Source: Candidatus Hecatella orcuttiae (lineage in GTDB: Archaea; Thermoproteota; Bathyarchaeia; Hecatellales; Hecatellaceae). Taken from it: 64,000 nt of DNA. The notes under the pieces were generated by a model that was given only the letters and a program-made list of their open reading frames with translations, did not search any database and had not been told where the DNA came from. The DNA lies in NCBI GenBank assembly GCA_002011035.2, contig MTLY02000001.1, positions 352,001-416,000 on the forward strand, read 5' to 3'. Positions 36,875 through 46,921 of the stretch are shown piece by piece; the first letter of the stretch is position 1; the number at the start of each line of letters is the position of its first letter. The translations under genes were made by a program, and so were the position numbers.

Positions 36875-37332
36875 TATCTAAGCTTCCTCCTCAAAAGCCC
36901 TGAGGACTCCAAGTAGCGCATGAGGTGAGACGAATTTTTGAAGGCACCGCCCTTGGCCATCATGTACACTTTGCGATAATGGGCCCCTGTCAAAACCTTA
37001 GCCTCTTTCAGGGCCTTAAGCCGACGCCTTATAGCCCTGATGGTATTGATCCACCGACGCTTACTGGGAAGCCGGCTTCCCTTGGAGCCTTCGCGGCTTC
37101 CGGGGCCTTTCCTTCTCCCAAGCCGCCTTTTCCTACGGAGGGCAACAGCCCGACCTCGGCTTACACCTTTTTCCGGGCGGGCTCGAATGACACCCCGTCG
37201 AATAAGCCTCTCTATTTCCCTTCTGGTTATAGCTGTCTGAACAGCGTCCACTTTTTCCGGGTCTATCCAAACCCTGTTTTCTCCGACCTTAAGGACTTTG
37301 GCAGCGAGCATTCTCTGACTTTTAAGGTTCAC
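36874..37332 (-). CDS. rpl19e: 50S ribosomal protein L19e
   Basis: QRMLAA..G.NRVWIDP, GPGSREG, AKGGAF. Confidence 0.96.
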   Translation of the reverse strand: MNLKSQRMLAAKVLKVGENRVWIDPEKVDAVQTAITRREIERLIRRGVIRARPEKGVSRGRAVALRRKRRLGRRKGPGSREGSKGSRLPSKRRWINTIRAIRRRLKALKEAKVLTGAHYRKVYMMAKGGAFKNSSHLMRYLESSGLLRRKLR

Positions 37333-37778
37333 GGGGAAGCCTCCTCTTCGCTCTGACTTTTTTCTTTGATGGACTGAGCCTTTTTAGGTAAGGAGGGATT
37401 CAGCACCTTCAAACCTAATTTTTCCGCTTCCTTAATTATCTCCGCTCTTTTTCTCCCGCCGACTCCTCGGGCTATTCTCACAGTCTGACTTTCAGCATCC
37501 AACCTTTTGAGGCCCTCAACCCTGTGAACCAAGACCTCTGAAAGCCCTGAAGGGTGAAGGCCTCGGATGGATTTCGGCACTCTGAATCCCGCGGTGGGCG
37601 AGGTAGGTCTGCCCTTTTTTTTAAGCCTCATCTTACTGTCTATGCCTTTGGGTTTCCTCCAGCCTGTCTCGATGCGTTTATACCTCCAACTTTCCTCCCT
37701 GCGGAAGACAGGCTTGTTTCCTCTGAACTTTTTTATCATCTTAACTTTTTGAGCGATGCTTTCAGACTTTTTCATCAA
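37329..37778 (-). CDS. rpl32e: 50S ribosomal protein L32e
   Basis: WRKPKGIDSKMR, RGLHPSG. Confidence 0.95.
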   Translation of the reverse strand: MMKKSESIAQKVKMIKKFRGNKPVFRREESWRYKRIETGWRKPKGIDSKMRLKKKGRPTSPTAGFRVPKSIRGLHPSGLSEVLVHRVEGLKRLDAESQTVRIARGVGGRKRAEIIKEAEKLGLKVLNPSLPKKAQSIKEKSQSEEEASP

Positions 37779-37782
37779 CCGT

Positions 37783-38328
37783 TCAGCTTCCTTTCTTTTT
37801 CTCGTAGATGTAGATGCCGTCGAGGAAGACTCTTGGGTCTTTCTTCCTTATCTTGGTGGCTTGCTGAATGTTGGCGGCTGTTTGACTTACATCCTCCAAG
37901 CTTAAGCCCTGAATTTCAATGTCATCTCCTTTTATGGAGATTTTGACGTCTCCAACGATCTTCGCCACCCGAGCGCTTCTTTCTCCGATGAAGTTTTCAA
38001 TCAAAACCTTTTTCCCGGAAACTTTGATGGTCATGGGGAAGTGGGAGGAAACCAGTTTAAGCTTGTAAGTGAAACCTTTGGTAACACCTTCCACCATGTT
38101 TTTCACACTGGATGCCACTGTTCCAACCAAAGCCTTTTCAGTTTTCCCAGCCCAGAAGCAGCGAACCGCCAGCTTATTGTCGAAGATTTCCAACTGAACC
38201 GGGGTATGGGAGAAGTCTTTTTTCAGCTCTCCAAGCGGCCCTTTTACGAAGAGGAGTTTTCCTTCAAGACTGGCGGTTACCCCTTCAGGGAATTCGACGA
38301 TTCTTTCCTCCAGCGGAACGCGAACCAT
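37783..38328 (-). CDS. rpl6: 50S ribosomal protein uL6
   Basis: VKGPLG, SHFPM, DPRVFLDGIYI. Confidence 0.96.
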   Translation of the reverse strand: MVRVPLEERIVEFPEGVTASLEGKLLFVKGPLGELKKDFSHTPVQLEIFDNKLAVRCFWAGKTEKALVGTVASSVKNMVEGVTKGFTYKLKLVSSHFPMTIKVSGKKVLIENFIGERSARVAKIVGDVKISIKGDDIEIQGLSLEDVSQTAANIQQATKIRKKDPRVFLDGIYIYEKKKGS

Positions 38329-38341
38329 GGAATCAACCTTC

Positions 38342-38734
38342 CTAGTAGACGTAAGCGAGCAGTTTGCCTCCTACATGTTTTTCCAGCATTTCCTTATGAG
38401 AGAGAATTCCTTGAGGCGTGGAGACGATGAGGATGCCGATGTCCCGGGAAGGCAGATACCTCTCCTCAAAGCGCTCTAAGTCCTTTACCTTAACCGGGTG
38501 CCGGGGCTTTATAACCCCGCACTTGTTTATCCTGCCAAGAAGCTGAACTCTGAACTTACCTCCCCGGCCGTCGTCGATGAATTCGAATTCACCGATGTAG
38601 CCATGCTGCTGCATCACCTTCAGAATTCCACCTATGAGTTTTGAAGCTGGCTTAAGGAGGCATTCCCGCTTGTTACGAATTTCGTTGTTGTAGATGCTTG
38701 AAAGACTGTCCGCCAGAGGGTCTTGAAGAGTCAA
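38342..38734 (-). CDS. rps8: 30S ribosomal protein uS8
   Basis: [24 protein letters not shown]. Confidence 0.97.
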   Translation of the reverse strand: MTLQDPLADSLSSIYNNEIRNKRECLLKPASKLIGGILKVMQQHGYIGEFEFIDDGRGGKFRVQLLGRINKCGVIKPRHPVKVKDLERFEERYLPSRDIGILIVSTPQGILSHKEMLEKHVGGKLLAYVY

Positions 38735-38749
38735 CTTCAGCTGTCTCCT

Positions 38750-38911
38750 TCAGCAATATTTTTTGAAGCCAAGTTTAGGGGCTATCTCCCTGAAGCATTG
38801 CCGGCAGAGATAAAGTCCCAACGTTCGGACGGTAGGCCCGTAGGCTCCGCATCGATGGCAGGGCCGGCTTCCTTTCCCGAATTTTCTCTCTTTTTTAGGC
38901 TTAATCTTCAA
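38750..38911 (-). CDS. rps14: 30S ribosomal protein uS14
   Basis: [19 protein letters not shown]; TTG start overlaps the rpl5 stop. Confidence 0.95.
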   Translation of the reverse strand: MKIKPKKERKFGKGSRPCHRCGAYGPTVRTLGLYLCRQCFREIAPKLGFKKYC

Positions 38912-39462
38912 GCAGGACCACCTTTCACAACTTCCACTCCGTAAGCTTCTCTGATGAAACACATGGCTTCTTCGGGTGTAACTCTATGCTTAGATCCGAC
39001 TTGGGACCTGGCTCTTTTCTTGACTTTAACCCTATAGCCCGGCTTGCTGAGGGTGGCGCAGACGTTCATGCCCACCACGCCCAATTCGGGATCATATCTT
39101 ACGCCGGGAATTTCGATATGTTCCTTTATGCCAAAGGCAAAGTTTCCATCCTCATCAAAAGCAGACGCCGGTAGCTTGTTTCCTATTGCTGAGAAGGCTT
39201 TAGTCAGAAACTCTACAGCTTTCTGTTTTCGAAGCGTGACCACAGCAGCTATGGGCTCGCCTCTTCTAATCCCAAAGTCTTTGATGGTTTTTCTAGCCGG
39301 TCGAAGAATGGGTTTTTGACCTGTGAGCTGCTCTAGAATTTTGCTGGCCTTCTCCAAGGGTTCGCCGGATTTCCCAGTGCAAATGTTCACCGTTACTTTC
39401 TCAATCCTAGGCTTCGTCATAGGATTTCTCGACCATTTTTCGAAGAAAACTTCGCAGGGCAT
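38908..39462 (-). CDS. rpl5: 50S ribosomal protein uL5
   Basis: [32 protein letters not shown]. Confidence 0.96.
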   Translation of the reverse strand: MPCEVFFEKWSRNPMTKPRIEKVTVNICTGKSGEPLEKASKILEQLTGQKPILRPARKTIKDFGIRRGEPIAAVVTLRKQKAVEFLTKAFSAIGNKLPASAFDEDGNFAFGIKEHIEIPGVRYDPELGVVGMNVCATLSKPGYRVKVKKRARSQVGSKHRVTPEEAMCFIREAYGVEVVKGGPA

Positions 39463-39467
39463 AAGGG

Positions 39468-40217
39468 TCAGCTTCCTCCTAGGGTTATCAAAGGCTTATC
39501 TTCCCCAACCACCATGACATACTGGGCGGGGGAACTGAACTCACCTTCGCTCCCCTTCACCTTCACCATGCTTGGAATGGTGGGGGAGGGTTTTTCCACA
39601 GCGGCTATGACTCCATGTTTTCCGATGTTTTTCCCTCCGACGATAAGCCCGTACATTCCTTTTCCAAATTTCAAATGAGCTAGAATCTCTCTTTTGGCCA
39701 AGCTTAGTTGAAGGACATCCCAGACTTTGTAAACGTCCTCTTCAGGGTTATTCGGGTTTTCCACCTTCACAAGTAAGGTGCGGCCGTCGTGAAGTGCCAG
39801 CTGAATATGTCCTCCTTTGACCGTGACTTTATCCTCAATCCTGCAAAGTTTGAAGGCTTTCTCCTCCTCCGGTATTTCTTGAAGCCTTAAAATCTTGTGG
39901 GGGTCTGGAACTACCCTGTAGGCCTTGCGAATGTCAGGAATTTCCAAAAGGTCCATTAAGCCTAGGTGAAAGCCTTTATCCCTTCTTATTTTGCCGTCCA
40001 CCTTCACTTTACCCTCTGCCAGTATGACCTCCGCCTCTCGGCTTGTCTTGGCAAGTTTCAGAATGTCTCGCACAGCTATGAGGAGAGGTATGCTTCGACT
40101 CCCAGGGTGAGGGCCAGGAATAGGCCTCACAGTCCAAACTTTCTCCTTCTTGGGAATAGGCCAGAAGGCAGGTGAAGCAAGCCTTTTCAGATGCACATCA
40201 GCGCCTTTTTTAGCCAC
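39468..40217 (-). CDS. rps4e: 30S ribosomal protein S4e
   Basis: HLKRLASP, PGPH, VDGKIRRD, LHDGR. Confidence 0.96.
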   Translation of the reverse strand: MAKKGADVHLKRLASPAFWPIPKKEKVWTVRPIPGPHPGSRSIPLLIAVRDILKLAKTSREAEVILAEGKVKVDGKIRRDKGFHLGLMDLLEIPDIRKAYRVVPDPHKILRLQEIPEEEKAFKLCRIEDKVTVKGGHIQLALHDGRTLLVKVENPNNPEEDVYKVWDVLQLSLAKREILAHLKFGKGMYGLIVGGKNIGKHGVIAAVEKPSPTIPSMVKVKGSEGEFSSPAQYVMVVGEDKPLITLGGS

Positions 40218-40644
40218 TCTCTCCGCCTCCCTGCTTTTTTTTCTCTTCCATTTCCTCAGCCTCTAATCCAGCCTCTTTTAGACTCGCTCCCAAGCTAAGC
40301 CTCTGGCTTCTCCATTTGTCCTCGAGGTTAAGCTTGGTGATTAGGAGATTGGAGGGGGCGATGGGAACATGCACCGTTGTGCCGTCGGCTTTTTCCTTCG
40401 TCACCCCGTCCACCGTTACCCTTAACCTTTTGAGGTCAACTTTTGTAACCTTTCCTTCCATCCCCTTGTAGTCTCCTCGAAGAATCTTGACGGTGTCTCC
40501 TTTCCGAAGAGGGAGGGCTCTCTTTCCATATTTCTCCATCAGGCTTAGGCTTAGGTGCGCCGACATAAGCTTGCGTCTTTTGTGTAAGGGCGCAGTCCAC
40601 ATGGCCTTTCTCTGCTTGGACGGCTTCGCTGAAACCAAGGTCAT
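40210..40644 (-). CDS. rpl24: 50S ribosomal protein uL24
   Basis: KPSKQRK, APLH.RRK, RKGDTVKILRG; ATG 40644. Confidence 0.95.
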   Translation of the reverse strand: MTLVSAKPSKQRKAMWTAPLHKRRKLMSAHLSLSLMEKYGKRALPLRKGDTVKILRGDYKGMEGKVTKVDLKRLRVTVDGVTKEKADGTTVHVPIAPSNLLITKLNLEDKWRSQRLSLGASLKEAGLEAEEMEEKKKQGGGESG

Positions 40645-40658
40645 TCTAGGCACTCCTT

Positions 40659-41096
40659 CTAGATCACCATGCTGGAAAGACTGGCTATTCGAGGCCACCT
40701 TTCAGCTGCCTCTTTGGCAACAGGCCCCCGGATCTCTGTTCCCTTCAACTCTCCTTCAGGAGTCATGACCACGGCGGCGTTGTCCTCAAACTGAACCACC
40801 AACCCGTCGCTGCGACGGAAAGGCATCCGCTGCCTTATGACCACCGCGGGGAAAATCTGCTTCCTCATTTCAGGCGACCCTTTTCTGACTGAGACGTAGA
40901 TCATGTCACCTACTTTGGCAGAGGGAGACCTTCGAAGTCTGCCCTTGTATCCTACTACTTGGACTATTCTCAACTCCTTAGCCCCTGTGTTGTCGGCGCA
41001 TCGGATGATAGCCCCGGTGGGTAGTCCGCGGGAGATTCTAGGACGATACTCTATGACTCCTCTGGCGCTTACAGCCCTTGTCCTAGGAACCGGCAT
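40659..41096 (-). CDS. rpl14: 50S ribosomal protein uL14
   Basis: [26 protein letters not shown]. Confidence 0.97.
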   Translation of the reverse strand: MPVPRTRAVSARGVIEYRPRISRGLPTGAIIRCADNTGAKELRIVQVVGYKGRLRRSPSAKVGDMIYVSVRKGSPEMRKQIFPAVVIRQRMPFRRSDGLVVQFEDNAAVVMTPEGELKGTEIRGPVAKEAAERWPRIASLSSMVI

Positions 41097-41428
41097 TACC
41101 CTTCAGCCTCCGACCTTTTCTCCACCACCACAAAGGAAACAGTCTTACTCAAAGAGCGGCATTCAGCGATCTTCACCAAGTCTCCCGCCTTGGCTAAGAT
41201 GCAGGGCGGATTGTGAGCGGGTATCTTACTTCGCCTCCTTTCAAACCTCATATATTTTGGAACATAGTGAGAATAATCCCGCTGGATCACCACGGTTTTG
41301 TTCATCTTAGAGCTTACTACCCTTCCTTCCAAAATCCTCTGTCTCACGGAAAGCGTCCCATGGAAGGGGCAGTTGCGGTCGTCGCATTTTTGCTTTGGAG
41401 CCTTAACAGGAAGCCCTATGTTTCTCAT
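41096..41428 (-). CDS. rps17: 30S ribosomal protein uS17
   Basis: [24 protein letters not shown]. Confidence 0.96.
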   Translation of the reverse strand: MRNIGLPVKAPKQKCDDRNCPFHGTLSVRQRILEGRVVSSKMNKTVVIQRDYSHYVPKYMRFERRRSKIPAHNPPCILAKAGDLVKIAECRSLSKTVSFVVVEKRSEAEG

Positions 41429-41429
41429 C

Positions 41430-41717
41430 CTACCACCTTCCCGGAACTGCCTTCTTCACCCTGTCCTCAGGCCTCCCTACCAGCTGCCGGCCTTCCACTT
41501 CCACCTTTCTCCCGTCCGGTAGCTGAATTTGAAAGCGGGAATTTTTTTTGGGAGCCTTCTTCAACTTGCCCTCCGAGTTTATGATCAGCATGTTCATGGT
41601 TTCGTCAACTATTCTCCCCGAGACGCCTGCAAGCGTTTTGCTTGAGCTTTCTACTATTTTCACTTCTAATCCTATCAGCTCATGTCTGGTTATGTTTTTG
41701 GGAGTTATAGGGGTCAC
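41430..41717 (-). CDS. rnp1: RNase P protein Rpp29
   Basis: [22 protein letters not shown]. Confidence 0.93.
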   Translation of the reverse strand: MTPITPKNITRHELIGLEVKIVESSSKTLAGVSGRIVDETMNMLIINSEGKLKKAPKKNSRFQIQLPDGRKVEVEGRQLVGRPEDRVKKAVPGRW

Positions 41718-41917
41718 CGAATTTCTTCCTCCCTCTGAACTGTGAGGATGCGGGCTATGGTTCTTCTCAGTTCTCTTACAGCGGAGGGGTTCTCCACCTT
41801 CCCACGGGCCTTGAGGGTGCTTCGAAGCTTCATCAACTCAACCCTGAGCTCTGCAAGTTTTTTCTCCCTCTCAGCTTTGCTCATGCTTCTGATGTCCTTC
41901 ATCCTCAGAATGGGCAT
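41714..41917 (-). CDS. rpl29: 50S ribosomal protein uL29
   Basis: ELRRTIARILT. Confidence 0.93.
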   Translation of the reverse strand: MPILRMKDIRSMSKAEREKKLAELRVELMKLRSTLKARGKVENPSAVRELRRTIARILTVQREEEIR

Positions 41918-42657
41918 CAGGCTTCACCCTCCTTCCTAGTTTCCTCAGCTTTGGGCTCTTTTTCCGTTTCCTCTCCGACTGTTTCTTCCTCTTTTGCCTC
42001 TTCCATTTTTTCAGCGGCGGCAGCGGCTTCCTCTGAAGGTGGAGCGGCAACAGTAGCTGGCGGGCTTTCTTTAATTTCTATCTGGTCTGGAGACTTGTAG
42101 TCAGGGGGGACGATGGTTACCTGAACTCCGAAGAGGCCTTGTTTGAGCAGTGTATACACCACAGCCCTAGGGATTTTCTTCAACACTGAGTCGCCTACTT
42201 TGGGGAGGTATCCGGCTTTAAACTTCTCATGCCTAGCCCTTTCGGTTGTAAGCTTCCCTCCGATGACGATTTCCGCCCCCAAGGCTCCGGCGTCCATGAT
42301 GTTGGTGAGGGCCCAGTAGCAGGCTCTCCTGAAATGAACTCCTCTCTCCAACGCAGCAGCGATCTTGGAGGCCATGATGTGGGGGTTAAGCTCGGGGACG
42401 GGTACCTCCGCCACGGCTATTTGGGGGTTGGAGAGCCCAAATTTTTCCTCCAGATTTCTAGCTAAGTTTTTGATGCTTTCTCCACCTCGGCCGATTACCA
42501 GTCCCGGCTTAACCACGTAGAGGGTGACTCTAGTGCCGAGGGGGGTTTTGGCTATCTCCACTCCTCCATAGCCGGCTCTAGCTAAGGCTTTGCGCAGGAA
42601 CTCGTCTACGTCAACCCGCTTCTTGGACTCTGTTATTATCTGCTTTATCGCTGACAT
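41917..42657 (-). CDS. rps3: 30S ribosomal protein uS3
   Basis: KPGLVIGRGG KH motif, LERGVHFRR, GKLTTERA. Confidence 0.96.
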   Translation of the reverse strand: MSAIKQIITESKKRVDVDEFLRKALARAGYGGVEIAKTPLGTRVTLYVVKPGLVIGRGGESIKNLARNLEEKFGLSNPQIAVAEVPVPELNPHIMASKIAAALERGVHFRRACYWALTNIMDAGALGAEIVIGGKLTTERARHEKFKAGYLPKVGDSVLKKIPRAVVYTLLKQGLFGVQVTIVPPDYKSPDQIEIKESPPATVAAPPSEEAAAAAEKMEEAKEEETVGEETEKEPKAEETRKEGEA

Positions 42658-42791
42658 TGTTACACCTAGGGTGACCCCTTATCTCAGCCTCATCCAGTCC
42701 TGACGAATTGTTTATTAACGTGCTTTAAACAATAAGAACAGGAGAGCTTTAAGTTTTACTTTTAAACCTCCAAAAGCTGGGTAAAAGAAAA

Positions 42792-43868
42792 ATGGCAGAA
42801 AAACCCACCGCCGTGATATACAGCGGCCGTTTTCTCGACCATAAGACAGGCGTCCACTGTGAAGCGCCCTCTAGGCTTAAAATAGCCATGGAAACCCTTC
42901 AAAACCCTGAGTTGAAGGCATCAGGCAAGTTTACCGTGATAGAGCCGCGGCTGGCTTCCAAGGAGGAAATAGCCCTAGTCCATAGCGTTGACTATATTGA
43001 AGAGGTGAGAAGCTTCTGCGCCCGGGGAGGCGGCTACTACGACGGCGACACTCCTCTGTCTCCGGAAAGCTTCGAGGTTGCTTCCCTAGCCGTGGGAGGC
43101 CTCCTAGAGGCTTGTGAAAAAGTTTTTTCAGGAGACATATCCAACGCCTTCGCCCTCGTACGGCCGCCCGGCCACCATGCGGGGATCCACGGGCGGGCTT
43201 TAGGGGCTTTGACCAATGGGTTCTGCGTCTTCAACAACGTAGCTGCAGCTACAGCCTACGCGGCGAAGAAAGGATGGGCGAGGAGATCCCTAATCTTCGA
43301 TTTTGACACTCACCACGGAAACGGAACTCAAGAGATCTTCAACTCCGACGCTCAAGTTCTCTACCTCAGCCTTCACCAGAGGGGAATATATCCGGGAACA
43401 GGCTACGAGGATGAAATCGGAGTAGGTGCGGGGAGAGGGTTTAAAGTTAACGTGCCGCTGCCAGCCCGCTCTGATGACGAGGTATACCTTAAAGTCCTGG
43501 GGGAAATCGTGGAGCCTGTGGCGGAACAGTTCAAACCAGAACTGATCCTACTCTCCGCAGGATACGACGCTCACCACTCAGACATCGTAGGGGGCATGTT
43601 CCTCTCCGCGGAAGGCTTCGCCAAAATGGTGGAAAGCATGGTGAAGTTGGCTCGAAAAAGTTGCGGTGGAAAGCTTCTAGCCTGTTTGGAGGGAGGATAT
43701 TCCGCTCAAGCTCTTTCTCAGGGGATAGCCTCAAGCTTGGCGGCCATGGCCGGGATTTCCCTGAGCCTCCGAGACCACGCCCCTCGGTCGCCCTCCCACG
43801 TGCAGTCTGCAGCAGCTCAAGTCATTCGGAAGGTTAAGGATAACCTAGGAAGCTACTGGAGTTTATAG
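42792..43868 (+). CDS. histone deacetylase family protein
   Basis: RPPGHHA, GFCVFNN, DFDTHHGNGTQ, SAGYDAH, LEGGY. Confidence 0.93.
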   Translation: MAEKPTAVIYSGRFLDHKTGVHCEAPSRLKIAMETLQNPELKASGKFTVIEPRLASKEEIALVHSVDYIEEVRSFCARGGGYYDGDTPLSPESFEVASLAVGGLLEACEKVFSGDISNAFALVRPPGHHAGIHGRALGALTNGFCVFNNVAAATAYAAKKGWARRSLIFDFDTHHGNGTQEIFNSDAQVLYLSLHQRGIYPGTGYEDEIGVGAGRGFKVNVPLPARSDDEVYLKVLGEIVEPVAEQFKPELILLSAGYDAHHSDIVGGMFLSAEGFAKMVESMVKLARKSCGGKLLACLEGGYSAQALSQGIASSLAAMAGISLSLRDHAPRSPSHVQSAAAQVIRKVKDNLGSYWSL

Positions 43869-43915
43869 TCTGCAGCAAGTTAACAGAAAGCCGGCTGTCT
43901 TCCCACCAGTTACAC

Positions 43916-44740
43916 TTACTCTAGGAGGGTGAGAAGTTCCTCCGGGTTCTTGACAACAAGGTCAGGGAGGATTCCCCAAGATAATTTTGGCCCAAGGCTT
44001 TCTCTGGTGAGGTAGATGGAGAAAATCTTAGAGATCTTAGCACCCAGCACATCTGTTTCCAGTTTATCTCCCACCATGGCAGCGCCATCCGGCTTGGTTC
44101 CGTAGCGTTCCAGCACTTGCTCAAAAACCTCAGGATAGGGTTTTCCCACATATTTAGGAGGCGTTCCGGAGGCTACAGCTATGGCCTCGCAGAGAGCTTT
44201 CCCGCCGAGGAAGTAGCCCTCTTCACCTTCGAAGACCCCTCTGAAAACAGGGTTAGGCCCTGCGCAGACAAGTCTAGCGCCGGATTTCACCAACTTCATG
44301 GCATGGTTAAGCCGCTGGTAGGTTACCTTTCTATCCACAGCCACTACCACAGCGTCAGCCGGTCCCTCCTCCACCAATTCCAGCCCTGCCGCGCTGAGTT
44401 CTTCGACTAAGCCCTCTTCCCCTATGAGGAAGCATCGGGCTTGAGGTTTCCATGCCCTGAGATAGGAGGCGGTGGCTGAGGAAGCCGTAGTGATGTTATC
44501 TGAAGCCACCTTGAAGCCTTGTTGGCGGAGGATTTCAACTATCCAGCGCCTAGATTTTCTTGAAACATTGGACAGGATGTGAAGCTTTTTGCCCATGGCC
44601 TCCAGCCTATCCAGAAGCTTTAAAGCACCAGCCACAGGTCTAGGGCGGTCCACACTGTCCATCAGCACGCCTTCCACGTCGAAGATGAAAAGGCTCTTAA
44701 GTTTGAGCTTGTTTTCCAAATTCTTCCCAGCCTCCCACAC
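43916..44740 (-). CDS. HAD-IIA (NagD-like) phosphatase
   Basis: FDVEGV, LSN, VGKP, MVGDKLETD. Confidence 0.88.
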   Translation of the reverse strand: MWEAGKNLENKLKLKSLFIFDVEGVLMDSVDRPRPVAGALKLLDRLEAMGKKLHILSNVSRKSRRWIVEILRQQGFKVASDNITTASSATASYLRAWKPQARCFLIGEEGLVEELSAAGLELVEEGPADAVVVAVDRKVTYQRLNHAMKLVKSGARLVCAGPNPVFRGVFEGEEGYFLGGKALCEAIAVASGTPPKYVGKPYPEVFEQVLERYGTKPDGAAMVGDKLETDVLGAKISKIFSIYLTRESLGPKLSWGILPDLVVKNPEELLTLLE

Positions 44741-44834
44741 AGAACCCTAGAAGAAAAACATTTAAGCCTTTGCCGTGCCAATTTCATGGTTGCTTAAAAT
44801 CCAGTGGAAGGAGCATTCCGTCAGAGAGCATGCT

Positions 44835-44931
44835 GGCCGCCGTAACGTAGCCGGGTAGCGTACAGACACTCGAATGTGGGTGGTGCAGGCCTGTGGAGCC
44901 TGGAGGCCGGGTTCAAATCCCGGCGGCGGCC
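44835..44931 (+). tRNA. tRNA-His(GUG) with encoded G-1 and a 23-nt intron at 29/30 (44866-44888)
   Basis: GCCGCCG/CGGCGGC acceptor, CAGGC-CTGTGGA-GCCTG arm after splicing, clean BHB (GTAC/GTGC with AGA and AGG bulges), C73. Confidence 0.9.
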
Positions 44932-45020
44932 TTCCCTTAAAGCGTAGGCGAAGCTTGTTGAGGCCGGTGAAAACTTAAAGTTTAAGTGTTGAATCATAGT
45001 ACATTTAGCGGCGGGAAACC

Positions 45021-45770
45021 ATGTTCAGGCTAGTTATCTCCGATTCTAGGGCTTGGAAGAATCTGATGGCGGCCATCTCTACGCTGGTGGAGGAAGCCAG
45101 CTTCGACGTTAAACCTGAGGGGTTGGCTTTGAGGGCTATGGACCCCAGCCACGTGGCCATGGTGGACTTCGAGTACCCTAAAGAGTCCTTTCAGGAATAC
45201 GAGTGCACGGAGCCTTCGAAGCTCTGTTTGGACATAGGTGACATGTTGAAGTTAATGAGGAGAGTGGAAGCGGGGGAAACCTTGGAGCTCACCCTAGACC
45301 CTCAAACCAACCATCTGAACATGAAGCTAACAGGAAAGTACAAGCGCCGGTTTTCGCTTCCCCTCCTCCAGCCCTCCGTCTCCGAGGTTCCGACCCCTAA
45401 GCTTACCTTCGACGCTCAGATTAAGATGGATGCAGACTGCCTAAACGACGCCATCACTGACATATCCAACGTCAGCGACCAAGTTAAAATCGAAGCCGAT
45501 GAAGAAAAGCTGGTTCTCACCGGGCTGAGTGAAACTGGAAACGTGGTGGTGGAGTTCGAAAGAGCGAACCAAGCTGTCTTGGATTTTCAAGTTAAGGGAG
45601 AGGCGAAAGCCCTCTACGGAGTAAGCTTTCTTCAAGACATGGTGAAGGCAGGGGCAGCCTCCTCAAAAGTAGTGTCTGTGGAGTTCTCCACGGATAAACC
45701 TGTCAAGATAGATTTCGAACTACCCCTTCAAGGAAAGCTAACCTATTATCTGGCACCCCGGCTGGAATAA
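45021..45770 (+). CDS. pcn: PCNA sliding clamp
   Basis: AMDPSHVAMV, YYLAPR. Confidence 0.97.
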   Translation: MFRLVISDSRAWKNLMAAISTLVEEASFDVKPEGLALRAMDPSHVAMVDFEYPKESFQEYECTEPSKLCLDIGDMLKLMRRVEAGETLELTLDPQTNHLNMKLTGKYKRRFSLPLLQPSVSEVPTPKLTFDAQIKMDADCLNDAITDISNVSDQVKIEADEEKLVLTGLSETGNVVVEFERANQAVLDFQVKGEAKALYGVSFLQDMVKAGAASSKVVSVEFSTDKPVKIDFELPLQGKLTYYLAPRLE

Positions 45771-46856
45771 ATGGAAACCGCTTTCCCTCAAAGCAGCGAA
45801 ACGGAGGAAAGCTGTCCCTTAACAAAACTTGACCACGCCAAATATCCCTTCACGAGGGAAGCTGCAGAATACGTAGGTAGACTTGGGTTCAGTTTGGAGG
45901 AAGTATCCAGCCCTGACTATAACACGGTGATCAGGAAAGCGGCTGAAAGGATCCTGAGGTCTGCCAAAAGCGTAAGAGGCCTCCCCTACGAAGTTTCCCC
46001 GCACTGGGATGACGAGCTCTTATCTTTTCCTCTATCTTTGATCATGATTAAAGAAGTCGGCGACGCCTACTTTCAGCAAAGATTTACCTTGCAAGAGGCG
46101 AAACTGGCTTCCGCCCGCCTGAGAGAAGAGGAGCTGAAAAAAGTCCTCTGGATTGCTAGGAAAACTTTCAAATGGAAAATATCCGAAGTCAGGGAACCAA
46201 GCTCCGTCCCCTATTTTAAGCTACATTTCGTCAACTACCTGAAAAACGCCATCAGATTCAGGGGAGAGGACAAATGGAAATTAACCAACAGAAAAATGGA
46301 ATACGGCGAGATTTACCTAAACAAAGCCGAGGTCGTCCGGCTGCTGGAGGAGGAGATAAGATCCCACATTCAAGAAAGAATAGAGAAAACCCCTCGCCCA
46401 GAGTTGCCTCCATCCCTGAAAGAGGCAGTAGGTAAACTGGAAGATGAACTTAAAAGCCTGAAGAAGACTCTCCCCTCGGAAGAGGTCCTAGGAGCCACAG
46501 ACAGTAGGGCTTTCCCTCCTTGTATGGCTGAGCTTTACACAGCCGTTTTGGGGGGAAAGAACGTGCCTCACGCAGGGAGGTTTACTTTAACGGCGTTTCT
46601 TCTCAGCACAGGCATGGAAGCTCAGGAAGTGGCTAGGCTTTACACCGCAGTCACAGACTTTGATGAAAGACTGACCCAATATCAGGTAGAGCATATAGCT
46701 GGACTGACGGGGGGAAGGACCAAGTATAAGCCTCTCAACTGCGCCAACATGCAAACCCACCGGCTGTGCGTGAACAAGGATGAAATATGCTCCCGGATCA
46801 AAAACCCCCTCCAATATTATAGAATAAAACTTAAACGCCTTCGGCTTTCTCGGTGA
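45771..46856 (+). CDS. priL: DNA primase large subunit
   Basis: AKYPF, FPPCM, H.GRF, YQVEHIAG, NPLQYY. Confidence 0.93.
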   Translation: METAFPQSSETEESCPLTKLDHAKYPFTREAAEYVGRLGFSLEEVSSPDYNTVIRKAAERILRSAKSVRGLPYEVSPHWDDELLSFPLSLIMIKEVGDAYFQQRFTLQEAKLASARLREEELKKVLWIARKTFKWKISEVREPSSVPYFKLHFVNYLKNAIRFRGEDKWKLTNRKMEYGEIYLNKAEVVRLLEEEIRSHIQERIEKTPRPELPPSLKEAVGKLEDELKSLKKTLPSEEVLGATDSRAFPPCMAELYTAVLGGKNVPHAGRFTLTAFLLSTGMEAQEVARLYTAVTDFDERLTQYQVEHIAGLTGGRTKYKPLNCANMQTHRLCVNKDEICSRIKNPLQYYRIKLKRLRLSR

Positions 46857-46921
46857 AGCCTCAAAGACAGCTATTCAGCCCTTATTCTTTGCACTTCTAG
46901 GTTCAGTTTTCCATCTTTTCT

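Noticed and set aside
6063-43868. Complete TAG-to-Pyl reassignment
   Set aside because: TAG falls at conserved C-termini of core proteins, and no in-frame TAG was seen inside housekeeping genes
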